Origin: Amoeboradix gromovi X-113
Lineage: Eukaryota > Fungi > Sanchytriomycota
DNA: 22,163 nt
Direction of reading: 5' to 3'
Assembly (NCBI GenBank): GCA_018985225.1
Contig: JADGIF010000084.1
Coordinates: forward strand, 1-22,163
In this document: in pieces, positions 1 through 8,577 of the stretch
Layout of the letters: each line of letters opens with the position of its first letter
Position numbering within the stretch: position 1 is the stretch's first letter
The notes under the pieces: model-generated
Told to the model about the DNA's origin: nothing
Seen by the model: the letters and a program-made list of their open reading frames with translations, nothing else
Database searches by the model: none
Position numbers and translations under genes: made by a program

Positions 1-110
1 TGATAGATAGTTTGCTAGCGAATGGTGAGAGACCAGGCTGGCAACAAAGGATCACTGATAAAGTAATTTCGCCTATTGTCTAGGTGAAGAAATATGGGAC
101 ACTACTGTGA
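1..110 (+). CDS. Possible 3' end of an upstream gene (unknown product) with a candidate 21-nt intron at 63-83
   Basis: The frame from position 3 is open (IDSLLANGERPGWQQRITDK). Removing GTAATT...CTAG (63-83) continues it as VKKYGTLL* to 110. No homology recognised. Confidence 0.3.
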
Positions 111-183
111 AAATTTCAACTGGGTAAATCTCGTCACCCGTTTTTTACCCCTAGTTTACTTTTTACAGAGTGTGTCCCATATC

Positions 184-1296
184 ATGCTGACCGTTAATTT
201 AATAAAGAGAAGAAGTGAGCATTTTGATGGGGAACTGGGAAAATTAGAGGAAATTACTCTGCATCAGTTTGATTTAGAGAACATCGATATTTTACCTAAA
301 ATATGTCCAAGATTAAAGTTACTTTACCTGCAAGGAAATCAGTTAACACAACTACCTGTGTTGCGTCTGCATTACCTGGATACATTGCTGCTACAAATGA
401 ACAATATGCAAGATGTATATGGGCTTCAAGAATGTGTCAGTTTGAGAGTATTAGACTTGACCCTAAACTTTATTAGTAACCTGCATTGCATACAGGGATT
501 AAAACTAAATAAAAAGTTAAAAGAGCTGTCAGTTGAAGGCAATCCAATTCATACGTTACCAGAATGTGAGAAATTCATTCTAGCTCATTTAAATTTAAAG
601 AAGCTCAATCATTCAGAAATTCCAAGTCACCTAATTGAAGAAGCCAAAGTTCTATATCCCAACAGCGATCGCGATTCTAGTTTATATTTAAGCAACTATA
701 AGCGCATAGAAATTAATATCAATGAAAGTGAATGCATCCCAGATCCAGAAATAACTTCCGAAAAATTTGCGTGTCAAACTTGCGAACATACAATTGAACA
801 GAGAATCAAAACTGCGAGAGAGTTAAAGATTATAAGATCAAAAGAGAATCAAGTCGAGGTAATGCCTGCAAAACCACGGCGCAAGTATTTTGATGAAAAT
901 GGTGTTTTGCAATGCAATGAATTGGAACTAAAATACAAATACTTTGAGAGTATTAGTACGGTGAAATTTAAAATAAATATTCCTCGCGTTATCAATAGCT
1001 GCTTGGTCAGTTGTGATATCAAGAGTGATCATGTAATGGTAGACATTAAGAATAAAAGATTACAGCTAAAATCATTAGCAGAAATGGACCCACTCAATTC
1101 ATCCATAATTAGAAGCCAGGCGAGCGGAGTTTTGGAAATGACTTGCTATAAGAAAGGGTTAAATGACTCAGAAATTTCAGCGACCAAGAAGTTTGAAATC
1201 GAAATGAGAAAGAGTTCCGAGAAACTAAAAATTATCGACATCAACGAGAACGAGGTTGGTTTCGAAATCCCAGATGATATACCAGAACTTGTATAG
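184..1296 (+). CDS. DNAAF11: Dynein axonemal assembly factor 11 / LRRC6 / TilB (LRR plus CS-like domain)
   Basis: N-terminus MLTVNLIKRRSEHFDGELGKLEEITLHQFDLENI, LRRs (LKLLYLQGNQL, LDLTLNFI, LSVEGNP), VLQCNE motif and C-terminal DDIPELV fit the LRRC6 family. The ORF opens at 94 but family similarity starts at ATG 184. Confidence 0.88.
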   Translation: MLTVNLIKRRSEHFDGELGKLEEITLHQFDLENIDILPKICPRLKLLYLQGNQLTQLPVLRLHYLDTLLLQMNNMQDVYGLQECVSLRVLDLTLNFISNLHCIQGLKLNKKLKELSVEGNPIHTLPECEKFILAHLNLKKLNHSEIPSHLIEEAKVLYPNSDRDSSLYLSNYKRIEININESECIPDPEITSEKFACQTCEHTIEQRIKTARELKIIRSKENQVEVMPAKPRRKYFDENGVLQCNELELKYKYFESISTVKFKINIPRVINSCLVSCDIKSDHVMVDIKNKRLQLKSLAEMDPLNSSIIRSQASGVLEMTCYKKGLNDSEISATKKFEIEMRKSSEKLKIIDINENEVGFEIPDDIPELV

Positions 1297-1796
1297 AAAT
1301 CAATAAAAATCTGCCCGTACCTTTGAATTCTTTTGCACTACGTCTTCTTAGTTTTCCGTATTTCTTTGTGTAAGAAATAAATTCATCACAAGCTCAAACC
1401 GCTAACTATAAATTTGTACACAACTCAAAGAGCATTTCAGGCTGTTAAAGTCATGGTATGGATCATTGCCATCATTTATAATAGATAAAACCAATCTAAG
1501 AAGTTCAAATATGATGTATGCAAATTTAAAATCCTGAATTTTAAGGACTCAGATATGGTGAACTGCACACAACTCATTCGATCTGCTTCACACAATCTTG
1601 GTCTAATTCTGTGGATTGCCCTAAAAATAAAACATCCTTATTAGCAATATCCACTAAAGAAGTAAGACTCTAGGAGAAGAACTGGGAGAATTAATAACAA
1701 GCAAGTTTTGTCTTTTATCCCAATTATTAACTAACATTACGTTTGCAAAAGCTTTTCTGAAGCACTTGAAAATCAATTAAACTTTAACAATCATAT

Positions 1797-2188
1797 TTAC
1801 TTACGTGGATTGAAGTAGATAACCAAGTGGACATCTCCAGCATGCTTATCCTTGTGAGTTAAACCGAATGACGCGTCATGGGTTTTCTTAGTAAATACAT
1901 GTTCCAAAGGAATCACTTTTGATCCTCGTAAATCGTCTTTTCCAGTGTCATCATCCCATACCTAAATAAATAAGACCGTACCTCCATGTATAGCTCAGTG
2001 ACTCCATCAAAGATATCAAACTGGAATTTTTCACCCCATTCTGCACTAGATCCAGCGTTATTTTTGGTAGTGGTACGTTGTTTTTTTCCACCAACTGTTA
2101 ATGTTACATAGGGATCTGTCTTGTCTGTGAAAGAAGATTTTAAGTTCTTACAGTCTACTACTAAAACTTCTAAAACGCCGTGAACCAT
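1797..2188 (-). CDS. Small single C2-domain protein, two exons (2188-1982, 1961-1797), 123 aa
   Basis: Exon 1 has GVLEVLVVDCKNL..DPYV..WGEKFQF. Removing a 20-nt GT-AG intron (1981-1962) restores VWDDDTGKDDLRG...GDVHLVIYFNPRK*, completing the C2 fold. Confidence 0.9.
1962..1981 (-). other. 20-nt spliceosomal intron
   Basis: GTACGGTCTTATTTATTTAG; its removal restores the C2 reading frame. Confidence 0.88.
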
Positions 2189-2289
2189 TAGGCCGTACGT
2201 GAATTTTTGAATTTATAACAAATTTGAACGATTTGATTGGGCCAAAATACGTTATGGTAGAAACGATAGCTCCGTTTTGAAACTCAACA

Positions 2290-4158
2290 ATGAGCATATC
2301 TCATTTCTTGGACTCCACAGTCAAGAAAACCTCAGTATATGTTTACCTAGCAAGTTTACTGATGTCCTTCATTGTTTTCTCATCAATTTCGAACTTTCAA
2401 ATTGTTTCGGTAGCTGTACCTATTGCTTTTCTTCCATTGTGCTACCAGTCTAACGATCTTTTAGTCCACTTTGCACTCTCTATCGTGTACACTGTTTTGA
2501 CATGGCTGGTATTCTACGGTTACGAGTTTAATGGTTTGCTTGTTACTATACTGTTAGGATGCTATATCTTAAGCGTCACTGTTCCACCGCGGGTTTATTA
2601 TGTGATGATACCTACCCTGTTATTTGGTGTTGATTACTCCGGGATATTAGCGGGCGTGTTCCTTGTCATTTCAAAAGTTGAGGAACTGAAATTGGTTAAT
2701 TTATTGTTTATACAGGGCATAAGTGGAGTCTTAAGTCTCCCACTTATATATCTGGAATATCAAAAGGTTTCCCAAGTCGATTTGTTTGTTAGCATACTAT
2801 TGATGACTACAATTTCGATTTCATATTCGCAGATCCACCAGAACTGGAATTCAGTTGCTTTTGGACTTCTGTGGTCATTTCTATGGAATATTGCGAACTT
2901 CAAATCTCTATTTATGCTATTTACTGGTTTGATTTATTATTATTTCCATCGGGAGTCCATTTCATATAAATCACTAAAAACACCTAAAGCACTATCAAGA
3001 ACCCAACTGAAGGTGGTTATTATCGCATCTATTTGTATATTTGCGAATTTGATGTATCTGGAAACCGGGAAAATGGACATATTGAAGCAGGTAACTTTGG
3101 AACCACAATTTAGTAATTCGGAATCAGTTAGACTTTTAAAACGAAAGCAGTGTTTCAATAAGCTACAAAAAGTATACATGGATGCGCTAAAAGAGATACT
3201 GCCAAAACATGACAGCGCTGTTTTGATCGATGTAGCCAATCACGATAACTTGGGCGATGTCTTTATTTGGCTAGGAGAGGAGATAGCTTTAAGCAGGATT
3301 GGTGTGCAAATCAACTATCACTGTTTATCTCATACTAATCAATGCACTAGTGTTATACCGACCTTAAAAGCAAAAGTAAACGAGAAAACTGCCATTTTAC
3401 TCCAAGGTGGCGGTAATTTTGGTGATTTATATCGATTTGAAACAAAACTACGCAATATTTATGTTAAAGAATTTCCAAATAATGTGATGGTGTTTTTTCC
3501 GCAGTCTATTTATTACAAAAACAAAACTCTGATGAAGACTGATTCAGATCTGTACAGTAAGCATGATAAGCTGCATTTAATGGTGCGCAGTGAACAATCT
3601 AAAAATATTTTAGACACTCACTTCATCGAGAGCAAAAGGTATCTGGTACCCGATAGTGCTTTCATGATAGGCTCAATTGAACCAAACTGTGAGCCACATT
3701 TAGATTTGGTAATATTAAAAAGAACTGACCAGGAGAGCATTTTACCGCCCAAGTTTGTCAAGTACATTCATGACCGAATGGCCGAGAAAGGTTACACATA
3801 CAAGATCTTTGATTGGTTTGACTATCCAAAAGAAGAGCGAAACTACGGTTACTACAACGGAAAACCAACAGATCCTATGAGGCTTCCTAGATGGGCGCTT
3901 GATGTAGGGAACAGAATGTTATGCCAAGGTAGAGTAGTATTGACTGATAGGCTGCATGCTACTATACTGAGCTTGTTGATGGATAAGCCCGTAGTTGCGC
4001 TGGAGAACAACTACAAAAAGATACGCGAAGTTACTCACGTTATAGAGAAGTGGGGAGGAGATGATTGTGGCGAGAACGTGTTGAGAAGAAAATACAAAAT
4101 GAGCAAAGACCTCTCTGTGGCAATGGATGCAGTATTTGAGTATTTGGAAAAGAAATAA
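2290..4158 (+). CDS. Polysaccharide pyruvyltransferase (Pvg1/EpsI-like) with a multi-pass membrane N-terminal region
   Basis: Motifs HDNLGDVFIWLGEE, LQGGGNFGDLY, FPQSIYY, VPDSAF and TDRLHATILSLL. The first ~255 aa are mostly hydrophobic segments. Confidence 0.85.
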   Translation: MSISHFLDSTVKKTSVYVYLASLLMSFIVFSSISNFQIVSVAVPIAFLPLCYQSNDLLVHFALSIVYTVLTWLVFYGYEFNGLLVTILLGCYILSVTVPPRVYYVMIPTLLFGVDYSGILAGVFLVISKVEELKLVNLLFIQGISGVLSLPLIYLEYQKVSQVDLFVSILLMTTISISYSQIHQNWNSVAFGLLWSFLWNIANFKSLFMLFTGLIYYYFHRESISYKSLKTPKALSRTQLKVVIIASICIFANLMYLETGKMDILKQVTLEPQFSNSESVRLLKRKQCFNKLQKVYMDALKEILPKHDSAVLIDVANHDNLGDVFIWLGEEIALSRIGVQINYHCLSHTNQCTSVIPTLKAKVNEKTAILLQGGGNFGDLYRFETKLRNIYVKEFPNNVMVFFPQSIYYKNKTLMKTDSDLYSKHDKLHLMVRSEQSKNILDTHFIESKRYLVPDSAFMIGSIEPNCEPHLDLVILKRTDQESILPPKFVKYIHDRMAEKGYTYKIFDWFDYPKEERNYGYYNGKPTDPMRLPRWALDVGNRMLCQGRVVLTDRLHATILSLLMDKPVVALENNYKKIREVTHVIEKWGGDDCGENVLRRKYKMSKDLSVAMDAVFEYLEKK

Positions 4159-4280
4159 AATTGTTTTCCTTGACCTTCAGCCTTTACTTATCGAGCAATC
4201 CAATGGGATATTCTGAAAGTTCCTCACTAGACTGCTTACAAATAAGCATAACCAGAAAAAGTCCAAAAAGTGGAAATTCC

Positions 4281-4994
4281 ATGACACTGGGAGATCAGAT
4301 AACTAAGTTGATCCAAATTAAAAAATCCAATTTGTGTATTAGTGTGGATTTGAGCACTACAAAAGATGTACTGGAAATACTGGAATGGATAGGAGGACAA
4401 ATTGTGATTGCAAAATTACACATTGATACATATGATGATTTCACGCCTGCGTTCATAACGAAATTAGTCGAGCTGAAGCACAGGCACAACTTTCTCTTGT
4501 TTGAAGACAGAAAGTTTGCAGACATTGGAAACACAACCTACAAGCAACTGCATGGCACATTTCAAATTGCAAAGTGGGCAGACATGATCACTATACATGG
4601 GTTGCCGGGCGAAGGGCTAATAAAGGCTGTTCATGAAGCAAATCCACTGCTAAAATGTTTAATTCTGGTTGAAATGAGCACCTGTGATAATTTGTTCACT
4701 CGAGAATATTCTGAGAAATGCATAAAACTGGCAAAAGCACACCCAGAGCAAGTGCTTGGTATAATATCACAGCACAAATATGATGGAATGTTTACCATGA
4801 CACCAGGTGTAGCATTGACAAGAGGCGGTGATAATTTGGGGCAAAAATATCGAACCGTTGAAGAGGTTATTAAAGATGGATCAGATGTAATCATAGTTGG
4901 TAGAGCTATTACTTCACACTATCCTAACAAAGAAGAAGTGATCCGTGCCTGCACTGAATTCCAAATACGTGGATACGATAGTAGACGATTCTAA
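4281..4994 (+). CDS. URA3: Orotidine-5'-phosphate decarboxylase
   Basis: KSNLCISVD, KLHID, FEDRKFADIGNT, MTPGV, GDNLGQKY and DVIIVGRAI motifs. Likely start is ATG 4281; the ORF track opens at TTG 4161. Confidence 0.95.
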   Translation: MTLGDQITKLIQIKKSNLCISVDLSTTKDVLEILEWIGGQIVIAKLHIDTYDDFTPAFITKLVELKHRHNFLLFEDRKFADIGNTTYKQLHGTFQIAKWADMITIHGLPGEGLIKAVHEANPLLKCLILVEMSTCDNLFTREYSEKCIKLAKAHPEQVLGIISQHKYDGMFTMTPGVALTRGGDNLGQKYRTVEEVIKDGSDVIIVGRAITSHYPNKEEVIRACTEFQIRGYDSRRF

Positions 4995-5084
4995 TGAATA
5001 AATCATCTATAGCAGTTGAATGGATTTATTAATCTTACAGTTCTTCTTTGTGAAGGTTTCGTCTTAATAAGTACTCCACATTCT

Positions 5085-5680
5085 CCTCGTTAAAAGTCCT
5101 GATTTCCGAGAAAATCGAGAATTTCCACAGAGAAACTAATGCTAGTTTCTCCGTTACAGTGATCGCTCACGCTTTCACTACCCTGAGGCGGGATTGAATA
5201 AGGATGAATATACTTGATGTATATGTTCCTTGCTGCCATATGGTCTCTATCTATTTCCAAATGACACCTTGTACAGGTGTAAATTTCTAAATTGGTTTTC
5301 TTCAGAGTACCACACCTTGTCCATGTCTGACTAGTAAATACTTCATTCCGTTCCATCATCGCTTTTCCTCTTTGTTTACACTTGAACTTCAAGCGTTCCT
5401 TGAGTGCGTAATGGGACATTGTAGCCATGTTTCTTGCGACCTTGCTCGACAAGCTACTTAGCATTTGGCTCGTATTGAACGAGGCTAAGTATATATGATC
5501 ATATGTCTTTGTATACTCTACCTGTTAGTTATTTATTTAGAATTGATTTACCATTTGCGAAAAGGAAGAATATCGAGTGTTTAAGGTATTTGAAAAATCT
5601 GGAAAAGTCTTGAAATGATACAAAAATATATACAAATTCGCGATAAATGATTTATTCTAGAAAATAGTGTAGCTGCTTTA
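5085..5680 (-). mobile_element. Internally deleted IS607-like element, copy 1 (left region, trace of tnpA, Fanzor2/TnpB C-terminus, right end)
   Basis: 5564-5680 matches the reverse complement of ~10621-10730, 5517-5545 matches ~10775-10802, and 5085-5137 matches 11007-11058 and 15309-15360. It ends ...TTTTAACGAGG. Confidence 0.8.
5090..5512 (-). pseudogene. tnpB: 5'-truncated Fanzor2/TnpB nuclease fragment
   Basis: TKTYDHIYLASFNTSQML..KVARNMATMSHYALKERLKFKC..NEVFTSQTWTRCG..YTCTRCHLEIDRDHMAARNIYIK covers the RuvC-II region, Zn finger and RuvC-III. RuvC-I and the N-terminus are missing, and the first Zn ligand is C>W. Confidence 0.9.
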
Positions 5681-5867
5681 CCACCTCAGACAGAATTTCT
5701 CAAATCTGCAGACATCAAGAAGCGAAGTAGAATCTAGTTTTAGGTTGTGAAAACCCGCCGTAAGACTACGGTCAGAAATACTACTTTATTTATAGAATCT
5801 CTCGATTTACTGTCAAATCAAGACTTCAAGGAGACTATGTGAAGTATTTTAACGGAGAGTAAAACTG

Positions 5868-7034
5868 ATGGAGACCTCAAATAGATCAAAAGTGGCCATG
5901 CCCATAATGTTGCAAGGATTGCTTCTTCAGCAACAAAACCCTTATTCTACTGAAAACCCAAACGGCATTATTAACGGTGGCGTAGCCGAAAATACCCTTG
6001 CGTTAAAATGGCTCATACCACAATTTACGGAAATCAAAATGAGTAAAGATCATTTTAAATATGGGGAACTGCAAGGATCCACTGAGCTACGGCAACTAAT
6101 CGCTGATTTATTTAATCGCCACTTGCATACCAATTTAAATTGTAATCAAATCTCACTTCACAATGGCTGTGGATCTGTACTTGAAAATCTGATTTTCAAT
6201 CTATGTGATGCAGGTGATGAAGTTCTGATTACTCAGCCGTATTACGGTGGGTTTGAAATGGATGTACAATTCAGAATGGATGCGAATGTCGTAGCGGTTC
6301 CAACAGTTAATTATCGTCTTACTGCCAGTCTATTAGAAGAGGCTATTAAAAAGTGTAAATCTCCAAAGGCCCTTATTATATGCAACCCTGATAACCCTAC
6401 TGGTATTGCAAAGTCGCATTCAGAAATTGTAGTTGCAACTGAATTCTGTAAAAAGCACAACATCCATTTAATAAGTGATGAAATATATGCATTGACTGCA
6501 TATAATGGATTTAAATCTATATTCCATCCTGACTACTCAGCATTAATCGACAAATCCATGACTCATATGGTTTGGTCATTTTCAAAAGACTTTTGCATGA
6601 ATGGGATAAGATGTGGTGCCTTCTTCTCTTTTAATCTCTTCTTAGTCGAGAAGATGCACAATTCCTGTTACTTTTCTGCTATAAGTAGGTTCGCAGATAT
6701 TCATTTAGTTAAATTTCTAAAAGATACTGCTGCTGTAGACGCGTTTTTGGCCAATAACAGAGAAATTTGCTTGAAATACCTTAGTAAAGCAATAGACTTT
6801 TGCACAACACGTGACATACCGTTTGTTGTTCCTAACGGTGGATTTTTTATCTATTTGGATTTAAGTAAATTCTTAGTCTCGACGGAATATGAACTGTTCA
6901 CAAGAATATTAAAGCTGGGTGTTTATATGCCAAGGGGTGAGGCTTTCTTTGACTTGAATAAAGGATGGTTTAGGCTAACTTATGCTGTTGAAGAGTTAGA
7001 TTTATTGCTGGAGAGATTAAATGCAATCGCTTAA
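5868..7034 (+). CDS. PLP-dependent class I/II aminotransferase, ACC-synthase-like
   Basis: GIINGGVAEN, PYYGGF, NPDNPTG, ISDEIYA, SFSKDFCMNGIRCG and GWFRLTYA motifs. Confidence 0.9.
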   Translation: METSNRSKVAMPIMLQGLLLQQQNPYSTENPNGIINGGVAENTLALKWLIPQFTEIKMSKDHFKYGELQGSTELRQLIADLFNRHLHTNLNCNQISLHNGCGSVLENLIFNLCDAGDEVLITQPYYGGFEMDVQFRMDANVVAVPTVNYRLTASLLEEAIKKCKSPKALIICNPDNPTGIAKSHSEIVVATEFCKKHNIHLISDEIYALTAYNGFKSIFHPDYSALIDKSMTHMVWSFSKDFCMNGIRCGAFFSFNLFLVEKMHNSCYFSAISRFADIHLVKFLKDTAAVDAFLANNREICLKYLSKAIDFCTTRDIPFVVPNGGFFIYLDLSKFLVSTEYELFTRILKLGVYMPRGEAFFDLNKGWFRLTYAVEELDLLLERLNAIA

Positions 7035-8094
7035 ATATATAAAGGAGCTAGACGACTTTTTTACGGACTGCTCCTGTTCTGCTGGTGTGTAAAAATCAAG
7101 TTCTAACTGTATTGTTTGTGCAGTTTCAATAAAAAAAATTTATAACTTTGAAGTTTATGAACTAGTACATAAACCAAGTTTTATTCTCCCTAATAAATGC
7201 TTCACTACATTCCACTAGTCTTTCCCTTTTTTCTTGGACTGCATTCAATTATTAGTCTGACAGTTATAGAAAGAGCCATTGGAGCGATAAATATGACGAT
7301 ATAATAATGGACTACTTCAACGAAAGCATACACAGTTGCTAATTTGAATGTCGTATCTAAAATAGAATTTTTTCACCGCTGTACTTAATTTGGCTGAACC
7401 GACGTAATATCACCAGAATATCTTGCTGGGCTCCTTGAAGATGCTGAAGTGTAGCAAGACGTTGTATAGAGTTTCTAGATATCTTCAATACGCTGATGAA
7501 CGGCTGGTATGATATCTGTTTTAACTCTTTTGTGACTAATTGTAAAGGTAAGGAAAACAGGTCGAAATAAACAGTAGTTAGACTTGAGTGGCCGGAATTA
7601 GACATGCAAGCCTAGATCAATCTGACTGCTAGGGCAATTTGACTCAAGTACGGTGTAATCAATATATGAATTTACTTTAAACGGGACCAAACTTGCTCAT
7701 CTCTTTGTATCATTCAAACAAATCTTCTTGCTCTGCCGACTTTTCATTTCTGTATAACTCTATATCACCACAATGTATTTGTACAATCTCATACAACTAC
7801 AATTTGGAAAACAGATTTTCGCCCTTGACAAACCAAATATTTCAAAGAGCGGCTTCAAATTAGTGCTTTTCTTGGTTAAATTCATACACCCAGATTAGTC
7901 CACTTGTGTTGGATTAATCTAGTCTCATCGACCTCAGACTGGGATTAAGATTAGGGATAAGTCCAAACTTAAATTGCAAAAAATTAAGCTCAATAATTTA
8001 ACACAGCTACTCTGAAAAGTAGACTGAAGTGAAATGGCCTGACCAATTATCAATTCGCTTGCAAGACCAATCAAAAGAGTTAAATTAAATATTA

Positions 8095-8353
8095 TGGAGC
8101 ACCAAATATAAAAACTAGACTAACTCGAAATTATCAGAAATTTAAAAAATAGACTTTTCAGAATTTCTGGAACATGATCTTTTCAAAAATCTCAATTTCG
8201 AGTCGATGTAGCCATTATTCACTTAGTTACGTCGCTTTAAAGATATTTGTGTCAATCAAATATAAAAACTAGACTAAATACACTGTACCAATGAAATCAT
8301 TTGGAAATAGTTATTCAAATACGATTAACTAGACTAAATAAATAAACCAATGA
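8095..8353 (+). repeat. Cluster of directly repeated TIR-core copies
   Basis: TGGAGCACCAAATATAAAAACTAGACTAACTCG at 8095-8127 (preceded by TA), CAAATATAAAAACTAGACTAA at 8257-8277, and AACTAGACTAAATA at 8327-8340. Confidence 0.85.
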
Positions 8354-8577
8354 TTTTAAATATTTATTCATTTTTATCTTCAAGATATAATTTATTCAAC
8401 TGAAATCATAAGATAAGTATTGGATTCGAAGGTCTAAATGTAAAGTACCTCATGTCAATAGCAATAAACACAGGTTTACCAATATTCTTAATAGCTATAC
8501 TTAAAGGTCTTGAAGTAACAGGAAAACATTTAACCCTTTGAAACTACAATGAAGTAGATATAGCAAGTATTAACTTA

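Noticed and set aside
7892-7920. 11-bp imperfect inverted repeat AGATTAGTCCA/TGGATTAATCT
   Set aside because: Single isolated hairpin with no second copy or functional context.
8103-8340. CRISPR array
   Set aside because: Only 2-3 unequal repeats with irregular spacing (154 and 60 bp). The repeat is a transposon TIR core, no cas genes are present, and the context is eukaryotic.
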